Positions 40,931-53,943 of a stretch of 64,000 bases of DNA are shown in pieces. Below the pieces are notes generated by a model that saw only the letters and a program-made list of their open reading frames with translations, made no database searches and had not been told where the DNA came from. The DNA comes from Eledone cirrhosa (lineage: Eukaryota), in assembly GCA_964016885.1 (NCBI GenBank), contig OZ024748.1:11842001-11906000 (forward strand). Reading direction: 5' to 3'. Each line of letters starts with the position of its first letter. The stretch's first letter is position 1. The position numbers and the translations under genes are program-made.

Positions 40931-41284
40931 AGTTCCCTCTGTCTCCCTATCCCTCTTTCTGTTTGGCTCTCCCTCTCTCTTTAGCTATTGCCCCCCCCCC
41001 CCACCACTTTATTTCTAAAACTATTTTACTTGCTTTATATCCATGTATATCAGTCTTTCTTTTCTCCCTCTCTCTATCTCTCCCTCTCTCATAATTTTTT
41101 CATCATTTACTTCACTTAGAATTAATTAGACTTGATTATACTTGTTTTAATTACTTATTCTGCATAACAACAACAAAAATACTAACCACACGCATACATA
41201 TATACACATATATACACATGCACACATACATATATACACACATATAGCACTTGCATACATACACATACTTGCATATGCACACAT

Positions 41285-41714
41285 ATCATCATCATCACCG
41301 TTTTACATCCGTTCTTCCATGCTAGCATGGGTTAGACGGGTTGTCCTGTTGTGGGCAGTGTCTGGTCGGCTGACCATGCCTTGCTCATACAGGAACTGAT
41401 TTGGCTTGATTTCTACAGCTGGATGCCCTTCCTAACACCAACCTCATTTACAGTGAGTGCTGGGTGCTTTTTCGTGGCGCCTACACATCCACTTTACAAT
41501 GTGGGCTGGGTGCTTTTTTGCCGTAGCACCCCCACGACCACCTTGCAGTGGGAGGGTGTGGGGGCATATTGTCTATATGCTTCAGCTTGTACCCATGGGA
41601 GGTCAGGTACTCTGTATTACTGCGTGACGCCAGAGGTCACGGTCGTGTGTCATCGCCTTTGAGAGGTGTAATTGGGAAAGGTCGGCTTTTATCACCTCAT
41701 CCCAGGTCATCTTG
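41285..41714 (-). mobile_element. 5'-truncated copy of the 47-50 kb RTE family
   Basis: Near-identical to 46810-47237 and 52171-52590. Confidence 0.9.
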
Positions 41715-42199
41715 TCACATATATGCATACATATACACACACTCTGAACTGAAACATTTTCTCTATTTTATCTGTTATCTCTGTCCTGTCTGTAATGGTT
41801 CACTGTAGAGTTAGGTTGTTCTCACACTGGTAACAAAATGACAGTCATTAGAATGTCAGATAAAATGCTTCATGGTATCTGTTCTGGTTGTTTACATTCT
41901 CCGAGTTCAAATCCCACCGAGGTCAACTTTACCTTTCATCCTAAAACTGTGTCATTTGTAAGAAATCATGATTTTTTTTTTTCTTCTTCTGAATGAAATG
42001 GTTCTAGTCTTGTAGAAGCAAGCACTTGAGTAGAACCAGTGATTATACATTACTATTGGTAGTAGGGAAACAAATGCGTGAGTGTGTCCCCTTGAAACAT
42101 ATACATATACAGTAGGTGGGAACACAAAAGAACCAAACTCCCCTCTATCACAGTTTTCATCCCTCCTACTCTCTCCATTATGGGCAAATGGGGGCCCAT

Positions 42200-42305
42200 A
42201 CGCTGGGCACCCTGCGGCCCCAGCGGACAGAATAGAGACGGCGTTTCCCTAGATGATGGTGAGGGAGACACATTGGAAGGGCCATTCCAGCTCGTGAGGC
42301 ATTAC
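42200..42305 (-). mobile_element. CRE-clade 3' remnant
   Basis: PHELEWPFQCVSLTII*GNAVSILSAG. Confidence 0.65.
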
Positions 42306-43280
42306 CAATGAATACCTTGTGGTATTTATTCTCTCTATGTTTATGTTCCTTTATGCAGAGGTGAACTTAGCCAAATATAGATGGAAAGTGAAGGATTTGC
42401 CCTTTGAAGTGAGGGGTTTGTCCCTGCATTGCTGTAAAACAGGAAAACAATTCCAATACAGATATTTGAACCATTTGACAAAATATTAAAATATTTTTCA
42501 TTTAAAAAAAAATTATCTAAAATTAGTCGTGTTGAAGAGGATTAATATTGATTATTAAATTAATAGCAATTATTGAATTAGTATTGCACTCAAATAAGAA
42601 TTTCTATATATTTTTTCCATGTTGTTTTAATGTTTTAATTAGTGAGGTATTTATGTTGTAATTTTAGTTTCATTCTTAACATCCCGAACCACATTAGCAA
42701 CAGATTGTTGATAAGTACAAAACAGACAGTATCAGATTATGATTTAACCCTTTAATGTTCAAACCGGCCAAAACCGGCCAGAATTCTCTACCTCTTTCTG
42801 TTGAAACTGGCTGTAACCGGTCGCTCAAACTGATGTTAAGGTATTGTTCTCAAAATAAATACTTTCAAAATCTCATAGATTCGATATTATGTCAGGTAAA
42901 GCCTTTACCTTGAAAATATAATAGTATATATAGGGTAATGTAAATGCTAAAGGGTTAAAATCTTCGCTTTAGTTACTGAAAATTTCCACTAGTAAAGATA
43001 CTATAAACATTTAACCATTTAGCATTTAAACTGGCCATATCCAGCCAGAATTCTCCTCTCTTTTTCTGTTCAAACCAACCGTATATTACTTATGTTAAGG
43101 TATTGTTCTCAAAATAAATATTAAAATCTCGTAGATTTGATATTATGTTAGATAAAGTGTTTACCATGAAAATACATTAGTAAAGATACTATAAACACTT
43201 GAAATAATATACTGTACTGATTGTGTTGTTATTTCTGTTTACCTTTTACATACATACATATATATATATGTATATATATT

Positions 43281-43311
<31 letters not shown>

Positions 43312-43422
43312 TAATGTGTGTGTGTGTGCCTATGTATGTGTGCAAATATATTTAATGTTTAATATAAACTTTGTGTGGCTATATTTTTCATATCAATTCT
43401 ACCACAATGTCTACTTCTTCAG

Positions 43423-43481
43423 ATTATCAAGGAACAATGGTGTCGTACAAATAATGCCTTATCTAAAAAATTGAATTCTAG
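43423..43481 (+). other. Candidate 59-nt non-coding 5' UTR exon of the CHD gene
   Basis: Acceptor ctacttcttcag, donor TAG|GTAAGG, followed by a T-rich intron start; unique sequence between repeats. Confidence 0.55.
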
Positions 43482-43556
43482 GTAAGGATTACTTTTCTTT
43501 TGTTTTTATTCAAGATTCTTTCATCTTTTGTAATGTATGTAAATATAAATGAAATT

Positions 43557-45268
43557 TACAGCTTACATCTCTCTAGGTTTAGTTGGCCTCCTATGAGGTT
43601 GTGTCTCATAGGATGTTTCTCAGGTGTTTTAATGATAGGGGGCCCCAGTCTTATAGTGTTACAGCTTACATCTCTCTAGGTTTAGTTGGCCTCCTTCGAG
43701 GTTGTGTCTCATAGGATGTTTCTCAGGTGTTTTAATGATAGGGGGCCCCAGTCTTATAGTGTTACAGCTTACATCTCTCTAGGTTTAGTTGGCCTCCTTC
43801 GAGGTTGTGTCTCATAGGATGTTTCTCAGGTGTTTTAATGATAGGGGGTCCCAGTCTTATAGTGTTACAGCTTACATCTCTCTAGGTTTAGTTGGCCTCC
43901 TTCGAGGTTGTGTCTCATAGGATGTTTCTCAGGTGTTTTAATGATAGGGGGCCCCAGTCTTATAGTGTTACAGCTTACATCTCTCTAGGTTTAGTTGGCC
44001 TCCTTCGAGGTTGTGTCTCATAGGATGTTTCTCAGGTGTTTTAATGATAGGGGGGCCCCAGTCTTATAGTGTTACAGCTCACACCTCTAGGTTTAGTTGG
44101 CCTCCTTCGAGGTTGTGTCTCATAGGATGTTTCTCAGGTGTTTTAATGATAGGGGGCCCCAGTCTTATAGTGTTACAGCTTACATCTCTCTAGGTTTAGT
44201 TGGCCTCCTTCGAGGTTGTGTCTCATAGGATGTTTCTCAGGTGTTTTAATGATAGGGGGCCCCAGTCTTATAGTGTTACAGCTTACATCTCTCTAGGTTT
44301 ATTTGGCCTCCTTCGAGGTTGTGTCTCATAGGATGTTTCTCAGGTGTTTTAATGATAGGGGGCCCCAGTCTTATAGTGTTACAGCTTACATCTCTCTAGG
44401 TTTAGTTGGCCTCCTTCGAGGTTGTGTCTCATAGGATGTTTCTCAGGTGTTTTAATGATAGGGGGCCCCAGTCTTATAGTGTTACAGCTTACATCTCTCT
44501 AGGTTTATTTGGCCTCCTTCGAGGTTGTGTCTCATAGGATGTTTCTCAGGTGTTTTAATGATAGGGGGCCCCAGTCTTATAGTGTTACAGCTTACATCTC
44601 TCTAGGTTTAGTTGGCCTCCTTCGAGGTTGTGTCTCATAGGATGTTTCTCAGGTGTTTTAATGATAAGGGGCCCCAGTCTTATAGTGTTACAGCTTACAT
44701 CTCTCTAGGTTTAGTTGGCCTCCTTCGAGGTTGTGTCTCATAGGATGTTTCTCAGGTGTTTTAATGATAGGGGGCCCCAGTCTTATAGTGTTACAGCTCA
44801 CACCTCTAGGTTTAGTTGGCCTCCTTCGAGGTTGTGTCTCATAGGATGTTTCTCAGGTGTTTTAATGATAGGGGGCCCCAGTCTTATAGTGTTACAGCTT
44901 ACATCTCTCTAGGTTTAGTTGGCCTCCTTCGAGGTTGTGTCTCATAGGATGTTTCTCAGCTATTTTAATGATAGGGGGCCCCAGTCTTATAGTGTTACAG
45001 CTCACACCTCTAGGTTTAGTTGGCCTCCTTCGAGGTTGTGTCTCATAGGATGTTTCTCGGGTATTTTAATGATAGGGGGCCCCAGTCTTATATTGTTACA
45101 GCTCACACCTCTAGGTTTAGTTGGCCTCCTATGAGGTTGTGTCTCATAGGATGTTTCTCAGGTATTTTAATGATAGGGGGCCCCAGTCTTATATTGTTAC
45201 AGCTCACACCTCTAGGTTTAGTTGGCCTCCTTAGAGGTCTTATAGGAGGTTTCTCAGGTGTTTTAATG
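43557..45268. repeat. 103-bp tandem array (~16.5 copies, with a 101-bp variant)
   Basis: Near-identical units; a diverged monomer lies at ~45418-45553, beyond a hAT MITE fragment. Confidence 0.95.
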
Positions 45269-45622
45269 GAGTGGCTGGGGTTCCGTGAAAAAAAGGAGAG
45301 GAGTATATTTATATTACGACCATATAACAGTATTAGACTTTGTGGTTCCCCCCAAAGTTTCTGAACCTAAAGGGGTTCCACGTTTGAAAAAGTTTGAGAA
45401 ACCCTGCATTGTTGTTGTTACAGCTCACACCTTTAGTTTACCTCCTACAAAGTTGTCTCATTGGAGCTTCCTCAAGTGTTTTAATGATAGGGGACCCCCA
45501 GCCCATCATGTTGTTGCAGCTCACACCACTGTAGGTTTAGTCGCCTCCTATGAAGACAGTTGGCTTAGGAGGTTAGAGAATTAGATTCGTAATTGTGAGT
45601 TTGATTCCTGGACTGGGCAATG

Positions 45623-45675
<53 letters not shown>

Positions 45676-45742
45676 GAAAATTAGGGTTTTTTTTTTAAAT
45701 GAAAAAAAAATGAGATGTCCTACACGAGTGAAAGTATAAGGA

Positions 45743-45958
45743 AAAGAAATCGAAAATACAACTGAAGTCTTTTTAAGAATATTTGTTTCCTTTACCGGTT
45801 TCACAGTTCCTATGCTTTTCAAAAATAGAATTGAGATGAAGGGTTTGTGGTTTTCTCACATCTCAATTCTACTTTTGAAAAGCATAACAACTGGGAAACC
45901 AGTAAAGGAAACAAATAAATGTTCTTAAAAAGACTCCAGTTGCATTTTCGATTTCTTT
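45743..45958. repeat. Long inverted repeat (~96-100 bp arms, 20-nt loop)
   Basis: aaagaaatcgaaaatacaactg...gaattgagatg pairs with catctcaattc...cagttgcattttcgatttcttt. Confidence 0.9.
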
Positions 45959-46809
45959 CTGATAATGTTGTTAGAACTCAGTAGGGCCTTGAAGAGATGG
46001 TTTCAGCGAGATTAAGTGGTGAGTGTTATAGTTTTTGTGGTAGGCACTCATCACCTAAGAAACAGGTAGCGACATAACCACTACCTGCTAGTCAATATAT
46101 CGATCTACCATGATCAATCAATCTTCTGAAACGATCGTAAAACAATGAACTAATCAACAACCTATTTTTGATGATCAGTACACACAACACACAACACACA
46201 ACACACAACACACACACACACACTCACACACACACACACACATATATACACACATACATACATATATAAATATATTTACACACATACATTCACACGCACG
46301 CTCACACATACACGCACACACACACACACACACACATATATCATCATCATTTTACATCTGCTTTTCCCTGCTTGCAAGAGTGGGACATACATATATATAT
46401 ATGTGTATATACACACACACACACACACACATACATATATATACACACACATACATATATATATATATATTGATTTTGTTTCTCTCACCAACTGCTATAA
46501 TATGTCGGTCATCAATATGTAGCATTATCTATGGAAGATCAAAGCCCCCCAAAACAATGAGCTTATAGAAAGACATTTCTTTTACTTATAGTTTTAATTC
46601 AATTACTTACTGTAATTGATTCTTCTCACTTTGGTAACATGTTTAAAACACTCATCACTTCCACTGTCTTTCCATCATCAATTAAATCATTACTTTTATA
46701 TAAATTAACTCAGATCCTCTTTTTCTTTCTTTTTTTTAACTCTGTGTGTGAGGGTGTGTATACTAATATATATGCATATATATATACACACACACATACA
46801 TACATACAT

Positions 46810-49800
46810 ATCATCATCATCATCATCACTGTTTTACGTCCGTTCTTCCACGCTAGCATGGGTTAGACAGGTTGTCTTGTTGTGGGCAGTGTCTGGTCGG
46901 CTGACCATGCCTTGCTCATACAGGAACTGATCTGGCTTGATTTCTACAGCTGGATGCCCTTCCTAACACCAACCTCATTTACAGTGAGTGCTGGGTGCTT
47001 TTTCGTGGCGCCTACACATCCACTTTACAGTGTGGGCTGGGTGCTTTTTTGCCGTGTCACCTCCATGACCACCTTGCAGTGGGAGGGTGTGGGGGCATAT
47101 TGTCTATATGCTTCAGCTTGTACCCATGGGAGGTCGGGTACTCTGCATGACGCCAGAAGTCACGGTCGTGTGTCATCGCCTTTGAGAGGTGTAATTGGGT
47201 AAGGTCGGCTTTTATCACCTCATCCCAGGTTATCTTGGGTCTCCCCACTCCGCGGTTTCCATCGACTTCTAGTGCTCTGCACCTTTTTATGCAGCTGTCA
47301 TCCTTCATACGCATCACATGTCCATACCAACGCATCCGCCTCTCCTGCACACAGCATTTGATTCCTCTTATGCTCAGTCTCTCTCTCAATTCATTTATGC
47401 TTTGTCGTTTGCGTATATTACACATCCATCGGAGCATGCAGGCTTCGTTTCTCTCTAATCTATGTAAGTCTTCCACCTTCAGCGCCCAGGTCTCACTACC
47501 ATGTAACATTGTTGTTCGGATACACGCATCATACAGTCTGCCTTCCATTTTGAGGGAGAAGCCTTTTGCAGCTAGCAGTGGCAGTAGTTCCCTGAACTTC
47601 TTCCATCCCGTTCTTACCCTAGTTATTGTACTTTCTGAACACCCACCTCCGCTGCTAATTCGGTCACCTAGGTAGCAGAAGCTGTCTACTGTCTCTACAG
47701 AGCCCTCCCAGAGATTGGTGGTACTTGTTTCCTGTGGCTGTTTGCTGCCCCAGTACAGCTGCTGTATGTGAAGCCTACATTCTTAATTAAGCTTCCTGAG
47801 ATCCCGCTACATCTCTTGTGTACCCATTGTTTGCATTTGGGGCAGAGAATGGAGTTCCTACCTACACCTTTCCTACATACTGAGCAAGGCCATTTCCCTG
47901 AGGGGATCTGGGTTCTGTTTTCTCGTCTACTTACAAGGACCTTAGTCCTTGTCATGTTGACTTTGAGACCCTTTCTTTCTAGTTCCTGCTTCCAAGTTTG
48001 GAATTTCTTCTCTAGTTCTACCATAGATTCAGCTATAAGTGCGAGGTCATCAGCATACAGGAGTTCCCATGGGCATCTGGTCTTAAACTCCTCCATTATT
48101 GCCTGCAGGACTATGATGAACAGGAGGGGGCTAAGAACAGAGCCCTGGTGGACCCCAACCTGTACGCTAAATTCCTCGCTATACTCATTGCTAATCCTAA
48201 CTTTGCTGACTGCTCCCCTATACATGGCTTGTATAGCTTTCACAAGCCATTCATCTACTCCTAGTTTTCTAAGAGCCCACCAGATTACAGCACGTGGAAC
48301 TCTGTCAAAGGCTTTCTCGAGATCGACGAATGCCAGGTAGAGTGGCTTACTTTTAGCTAGGTACTTTTCCTGTAACTGCCTCACAAGGAAGAGGGCATCA
48401 GTGGTGCCTCTTCCTGGTACAAACCCAAATTGCATCTCATCTAGTTTCACTCGGTCCCTAATCAACTTTACTATAACTCTTTCTGTTACTTTCATGACCT
48501 GGTCCATCAGCTTTATACCTCTATAGTTTCCTCTATCGAGTGCATCACCTTTACCTTTGTAGCAGTTGACAATGATGCTACTGCACCAATCTTTTGGTAT
48601 GACACCTAGTATTACCTGGTTAACAATACGTGTGGTTATAGTGTGACCTACAGACCCAGATGCCTTCAGCATCTCGGCAGCTATACCCGATGGACCGGTT
48701 GCCTTCCCCATCTTCATATCTTTGATTGCCTTACTTACTACGCTGCTGCTGACTTGTACTGCTGGCCCCTCTATAGGGTCTACTTGGGGTAGGGTCTCTT
48801 CTTCCCATGCATTCTCCTCATTTAGTAATCTATCATAATGACTCTTCTATGCATCTTTCTTCTCAGCACTTGTGAGGGCAAGCTCACCTTTATCATTCCG
48901 GATACACTTCTCTCCAATGACATCACAATTCTCTCTGACACACTGCCTCGCAATCTTGAACACCTCCTGTTTCTGGTCCTCACGTTGCAAAACATGCTTG
49001 AATTTTCTATCCTCTGCTTCCCTCCTAGCTAAGTATACTTGTTGCCTAGCTTCCCTCTTGGTCTCTATGTAATGTACCCTGCTCCCCCCGTTCTTCCATT
49101 CTTTCCATGCCTGTCTCTTGGCTTGAACTGCCTCATCTACCTTATTGTTCCACCACCAAGTCACTCTCCTCCTGCTTGTGGTCTTACTCCAGCCACAGAC
49201 CTCATCTGTCGCCTCTAGTAAGTTATTTTTTAGGAACTCCCAGTGCTCTTCTACATTGAATGTATCTATCTGTTCTTCTTTACTGTCATAGGCGTTGAGT
49301 AAAATATCTTTAAATCTGTTACTGGCTGAGGGGTCTTTCAGCTTCCAGATCTTTCTTCTCCAGGTTGGCCTCTGTTTCCAGGTTTGTCTAGTTCTGACTG
49401 TGAGGTCGCTGACAACTAAGCTATGTTGGGAGGTACATTCCTCACTAGGGAAGGCTTTTGTGTTTACGACCGTCCTTCTGTCACATCCTCTGATGAGGAT
49501 AAAATCTATCTGACTAGAATGCTCCCCTGATCTATAGGTGATCTGATGGTTGTCGGGTTTTTTGAAGTTTGTGTTACATATCGACATGTCATTGGCGTCC
49601 CAGAATTCTAGAAGTCTGAATCCTTCTTCATTTCTTGTGCCAACCCCATGGCCTCCATGGACTCTATTGAAGCTGTCACAGTGTTTACCTACGTGTCCGT
49701 TAAAATCTCCTGCGATGATCAGGAAGTCATTGTCGTTTGTTAGAGCAGTAGTGTGCATTAGGAACTCGTAAAATCTATCCTTAAGTTCGTCTGGCAGCCC

Positions 49801-50320
49801 CGATTGAGGTGCGTAAGCTGATATTATTGTGGTAATTGTTTTATTCAGGACTAGTCTGAGTTTAATTATTCTTGCATTTACCCTGTACACTGAGATTACT
49901 TTATCTACCCATTTGTCAGCTAGTAGTATACCTACACCACCCCTCCCATCATCATTTCCCACCCAGAAAAATTTGTAGCACCGACTTTTTCCTACAAGGA
50001 CTCTAGCAGACTCTCCTCTCCATCTAGTCTCTTGCACACAGCATACATCAATTTCCTTTCGCCCTAGCATTTCTACGATTTCGCCTGCTCTTCCTTTCAT
50101 CGTGCTTACATTGATGGTACCAACTCGGAGTTTTGGGCATTTGTTGACACTCGTAGGGAAGGGTCGATTTTTGCAGGGGTGTGTGTGTGCTTCCTCTCTC
50201 TGGATTGGCGCTTCACATGGGTGCTTGGTAGCTCGCAGATTCATATTCATTTCATCTATTAATTCAGAGTTGCTCCAATTTATTCTCAGCTCATCCATCC
50301 ATACCGGTAGGAAAAATTCA
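46810..50320 (-). mobile_element. Near full-length RTE LINE (APE endonuclease + RT), inactivated
   Basis: Endonuclease motifs GTINVST, CCVQETRW, AYAPQ, AGDFNGHVG, QIDFIL; RT LLYADDL. Likely start at 50298. One in-frame TAG at 48849-48847 (Trp in the 35 kb copy) and one frameshift near 47710. (GAT)n tail. Confidence 0.95.
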
Positions 50321-51134
50321 CACACACGCACACACCTATTCAAACGCACATGCACATACACACCCAAACACACATGAATGTACGTATATACACACACACA
50401 CACACACACACACCTATTCAAACACACATGCACATACACACCCAAACACACATGAATGTACGTATATACACACACACACCTATTCAAACACACATGTACG
50501 TACACACCCAAACACACGCTAGCATATACACAAACACACAAACACTTGTACGTACGCACATAAATGTACACAAACACGCCCGTACATGTACACGCACACA
50601 CACACGTACACAAACACCTGTATGTACACATGCAGATGAATGTACACAAGCATGCTCGTACATGTACACACATGCACGTACACAAACACCTGTACATACG
50701 CACACAGATGAATGTACAGAAACACGCCCGTACATGTACACGCGCGCACACACACACGTACTCAAGTACCTTCACATATGTACACACACACACACAAACC
50801 CCCTTATATCTATATAAACACACGTACTCAGTTGCACATACACATGCAAGCATGTATACAGATGCACCCATACACGCACATAAACATACACACACACAGT
50901 ATTTTAACTATATCTAAACATGGCTGTAAACTAACCATGCCTAATTTCCCTGTTAAAACCAGCTTTTAGCTCAGTGACTTAGTAATAAATATTTTAATAT
51001 TACTAAGTAAACAACACCAAGACACACCTCAATCCCCTAGGGCTGGGCATGAGGTTACACACACACGTGTGTGTGTATATGTATAGATCATCATCGTTAT
51101 ATGTCCATTTTGCTTGATGATGATGATGATGATA

Positions 51135-51224
<90 letters not shown>

Positions 51225-51412
51225 GTGTGTGTTTGTAACATCATGCCCAGCTCCAGGGGATTGTATATATATTTGTATATGTGTATATCATCATCTTCAT
51301 CGTTTAACGTCTCTTCCACGCAAGCATGGGTTTAGACGGGAATTGTCCCACTTGAGGCAAGATATGTGTGTGTATATATATATACCTGTGTGTGTGTGTG
51401 TATATGTAAATA

Positions 51413-51452
<40 letters not shown>

Positions 51453-51573
51453 TATGTGTGTCTGTACATACATATGTACATACTTACACATATATCTCTC
51501 TCTGTATATATATATATATACACACACACACACATACACATACATGTGTATATATATTTATGTATATGTGTGT

Positions 51574-51907
51574 CATCATTCATCATTTCATTCTACGTCT
51601 ACTTTTCCCTGCTTGCAGGGGTGGGACGGGAACTGATTCTGGCTTGATTTCTACAGCTGGATGCCCTTCCTAACACCAACCTCATTTACAGTGAGTGCTG
51701 GGTGCTTTTTTGCCGTGGCACCTCCACGACCACTTTGCAGTGGAATGATAGGGACTGGGGTCCCTATCATCTCATTTTTACTGCTGAGTAAACTGGAGCA
51801 ATGTGAAATAAAGTACCTTGCTCAAGGAAACAACACATCACCCGGTCTGAGAATTGAACTCACAACCTTTCGATTGCAAGGCCAATGCTCTAACCACTAA
51901 ACCATGT
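51574..51907 (-). mobile_element. SINE family 2 copy
   Basis: Highly similar to 9788-10136. Confidence 0.88.
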
Positions 51908-52170
51908 GTGTGTGTGTGTGTGTATATATATAGTGTTTGTGTGTGTATATGTATATATATATATATTAGTGTGTGTGTCTATACATACATACTTAGAACA
52001 CTGGTTTAACCACTTTACTTCCCTCCGAAGAAGAAATATTATCTCGAAAATTAAGGACATTTAAATAAATCTAAGGTAAAAGACTAATTGTCAACAATAT
52101 CTTTTGCATTTGCATTCTGTATTCTATGTCCATACCTGCATTGTTTTGGCTTTACAAATTCAAACGTTTA

Positions 52171-52590
52171 TATCATCATCAACATCACCGTTTTACATCC
52201 GTTCTTCCACGCTAGCATGAGTTAGACGGGTTGTCCTGTTGTGGGCAGTGTCTGGTCGGCTGACCATGCCTTGCTCATACAGGAACTGATTTGGCTTGAT
52301 TTCTACAGCTGGATGCCCTTCCTAACACCAACCTCATTTACAGCGAGTGCTGGGTGCTTTTTCGTGGCGCCTACACGTCCACTTTACAGTGTGAGCTGGG
52401 TGCTTTTTTGCCACGGCACCTCCACGACCACCTTGCAGGAGGGTGTGTGGGCATATTGTCTATATGCTTCAGCTTGTACCCATGGGAGGTCGGGTACTCT
52501 GTATTACTGCATGACGCCAGAGGTCACGGTCGTGTGTCATCGCCTTTGAGAGGTGTAATTGGGTAAGGTCGGCTTTTATCACCTCATCCC
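52171..52590 (-). mobile_element. 5'-truncated copy of the 47-50 kb RTE family
   Basis: Near-identical to 41285-41704. Confidence 0.9.
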
Positions 52591-52934
52591 ATTATATATA
52601 TATATATATATATATCTGTACACACATACACAACAATACCCAGTATGTTATGAATGACTTCTTGTACATGATGGAGTGAATAATAGAACTTGAGAATGGA
52701 GGCTGGATGAAATATCATTTGACGAGATGGGAGTGGCAAGCCAGTAGTCATTCTAAGAGTCATTCCCACCCACTGGGAAATATAACAAGTAATAAACTCT
52801 CGTGGAGGATGGGGTTTGTAGTTAGATATTTAAAATATTTCTCAGAAGCTGTCAAGTTCTCATTGAAATGAATATTGTGTTCTATCTACACAAAAGCCAT
52901 CTTTTGTCATCTTAATTTTATATTTCTTTTATAT

Positions 52935-53305
52935 TTTACAAGGATCTTAACCCCTTCCTATCATGTTCACCTATTTCTGGTTCACAGGGATCTTAACCCC
53001 TTCCTCTTATGTCACTTAATCCTATTTTACAGGGATCCTAAACCTTTTCTCTCACAGTATGTTCACTTATTCCTTGTTTACAGGGATCCTAACCCCTTCC
53101 TCTCTCTTGTTTACAGGGATCCTAACCCTTCCTCTCTCATTATGTTTTCATATAACCCTTGTTCACAGGGATCCTAAACCCTTCTCTGTATATTCATGTA
53201 TAACCCTAGTTCACAGGGATTCACACCCATCCCTCTCATATTCACATACAACTCTATTTCTCAGGAATTCATAACCTTCATTATCAATTTCCACAAGGAT
53301 CCTTT
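52935..53305. repeat. Degenerate ~30-50 bp tandem repeat
   Basis: Recurring tcacagggatcctaacccttcctct. Confidence 0.75.
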
Positions 53306-53734
53306 TTACCTCTTCTATAATTTACCTTAGCTTCATGTGTTTTGCTATTATTATAACCAACTGAATATCCGACTTGGTGTATTTATTTTGACCAACAGGA
53401 TACAACTGGCCATATTTTAACCTTTTTTATTAAGATATTGCTAATGAAATCCATAGCCTAAAATGTTGTACCTTTGAATTTTTGTACCTCTGTTTTGCCG
53501 TTTCCTTGAACTTTATATATATATATATATAAAATTTTAAAACAAAGCTTTGTATCCTAGAACCAGGAGTACTATCATGTGGTTTGATATCAAAGGGGTT
53601 AATGGGTTACCTTTTTTTTAGATTTATTTTGTTGTTTTATGGATGTTTTTTCTATTGTTTTTTTTGTATGATAATTGTTATTTATTTATGTAAAATTATT
53701 TTCTAATGGTTGATAACATTTTTTATATTTTTAG

Positions 53735-53943
53735 GTTAAGGACTTAATGGTAGAATTCCTTTGTTCATTCTGTACCAATGCCATATAAACATGGCGTTCT
53801 TGTTGGATTATATTTGACTTTCAAATATTCTTTGATTCTGTCAGCCAACACCATCATTTGAGGAGACAGTAAAAGAAAGAAAAGAGTGAGAGAGAGAAAG
53901 ACAGAGAGAGAGAGAGACAGACAGACAGAGATAGAAATAAAAA
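53735..53943 (+). promoter_or_regulatory. 5' UTR part of the first CHD coding exon
   Basis: Branch-like ttctaat (53701), acceptor ttttttatatttttag ending 53734; possible second acceptor at 53844; contains uATGs and a GA repeat. Confidence 0.6.

Noticed and set aside
43557-45268. 103-bp array as CRISPR or a tandem RNA gene cluster
   Set aside because: No unique spacers and no recognisable 5S, tRNA or snRNA features.
48847-48849. UAG-to-UIG editing rescue of the LINE ORF
   Set aside because: A downstream frameshift near 47710 inactivates the element anyway; simple G-to-A decay is sufficient.
50320-50895. Cys/Val-rich N-terminus of the 682-aa ORF
   Set aside because: Read-through of TG-rich simple sequence upstream of the LINE. 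The same applies to the many CV, YI, HT and ER repeat ORFs in the track.
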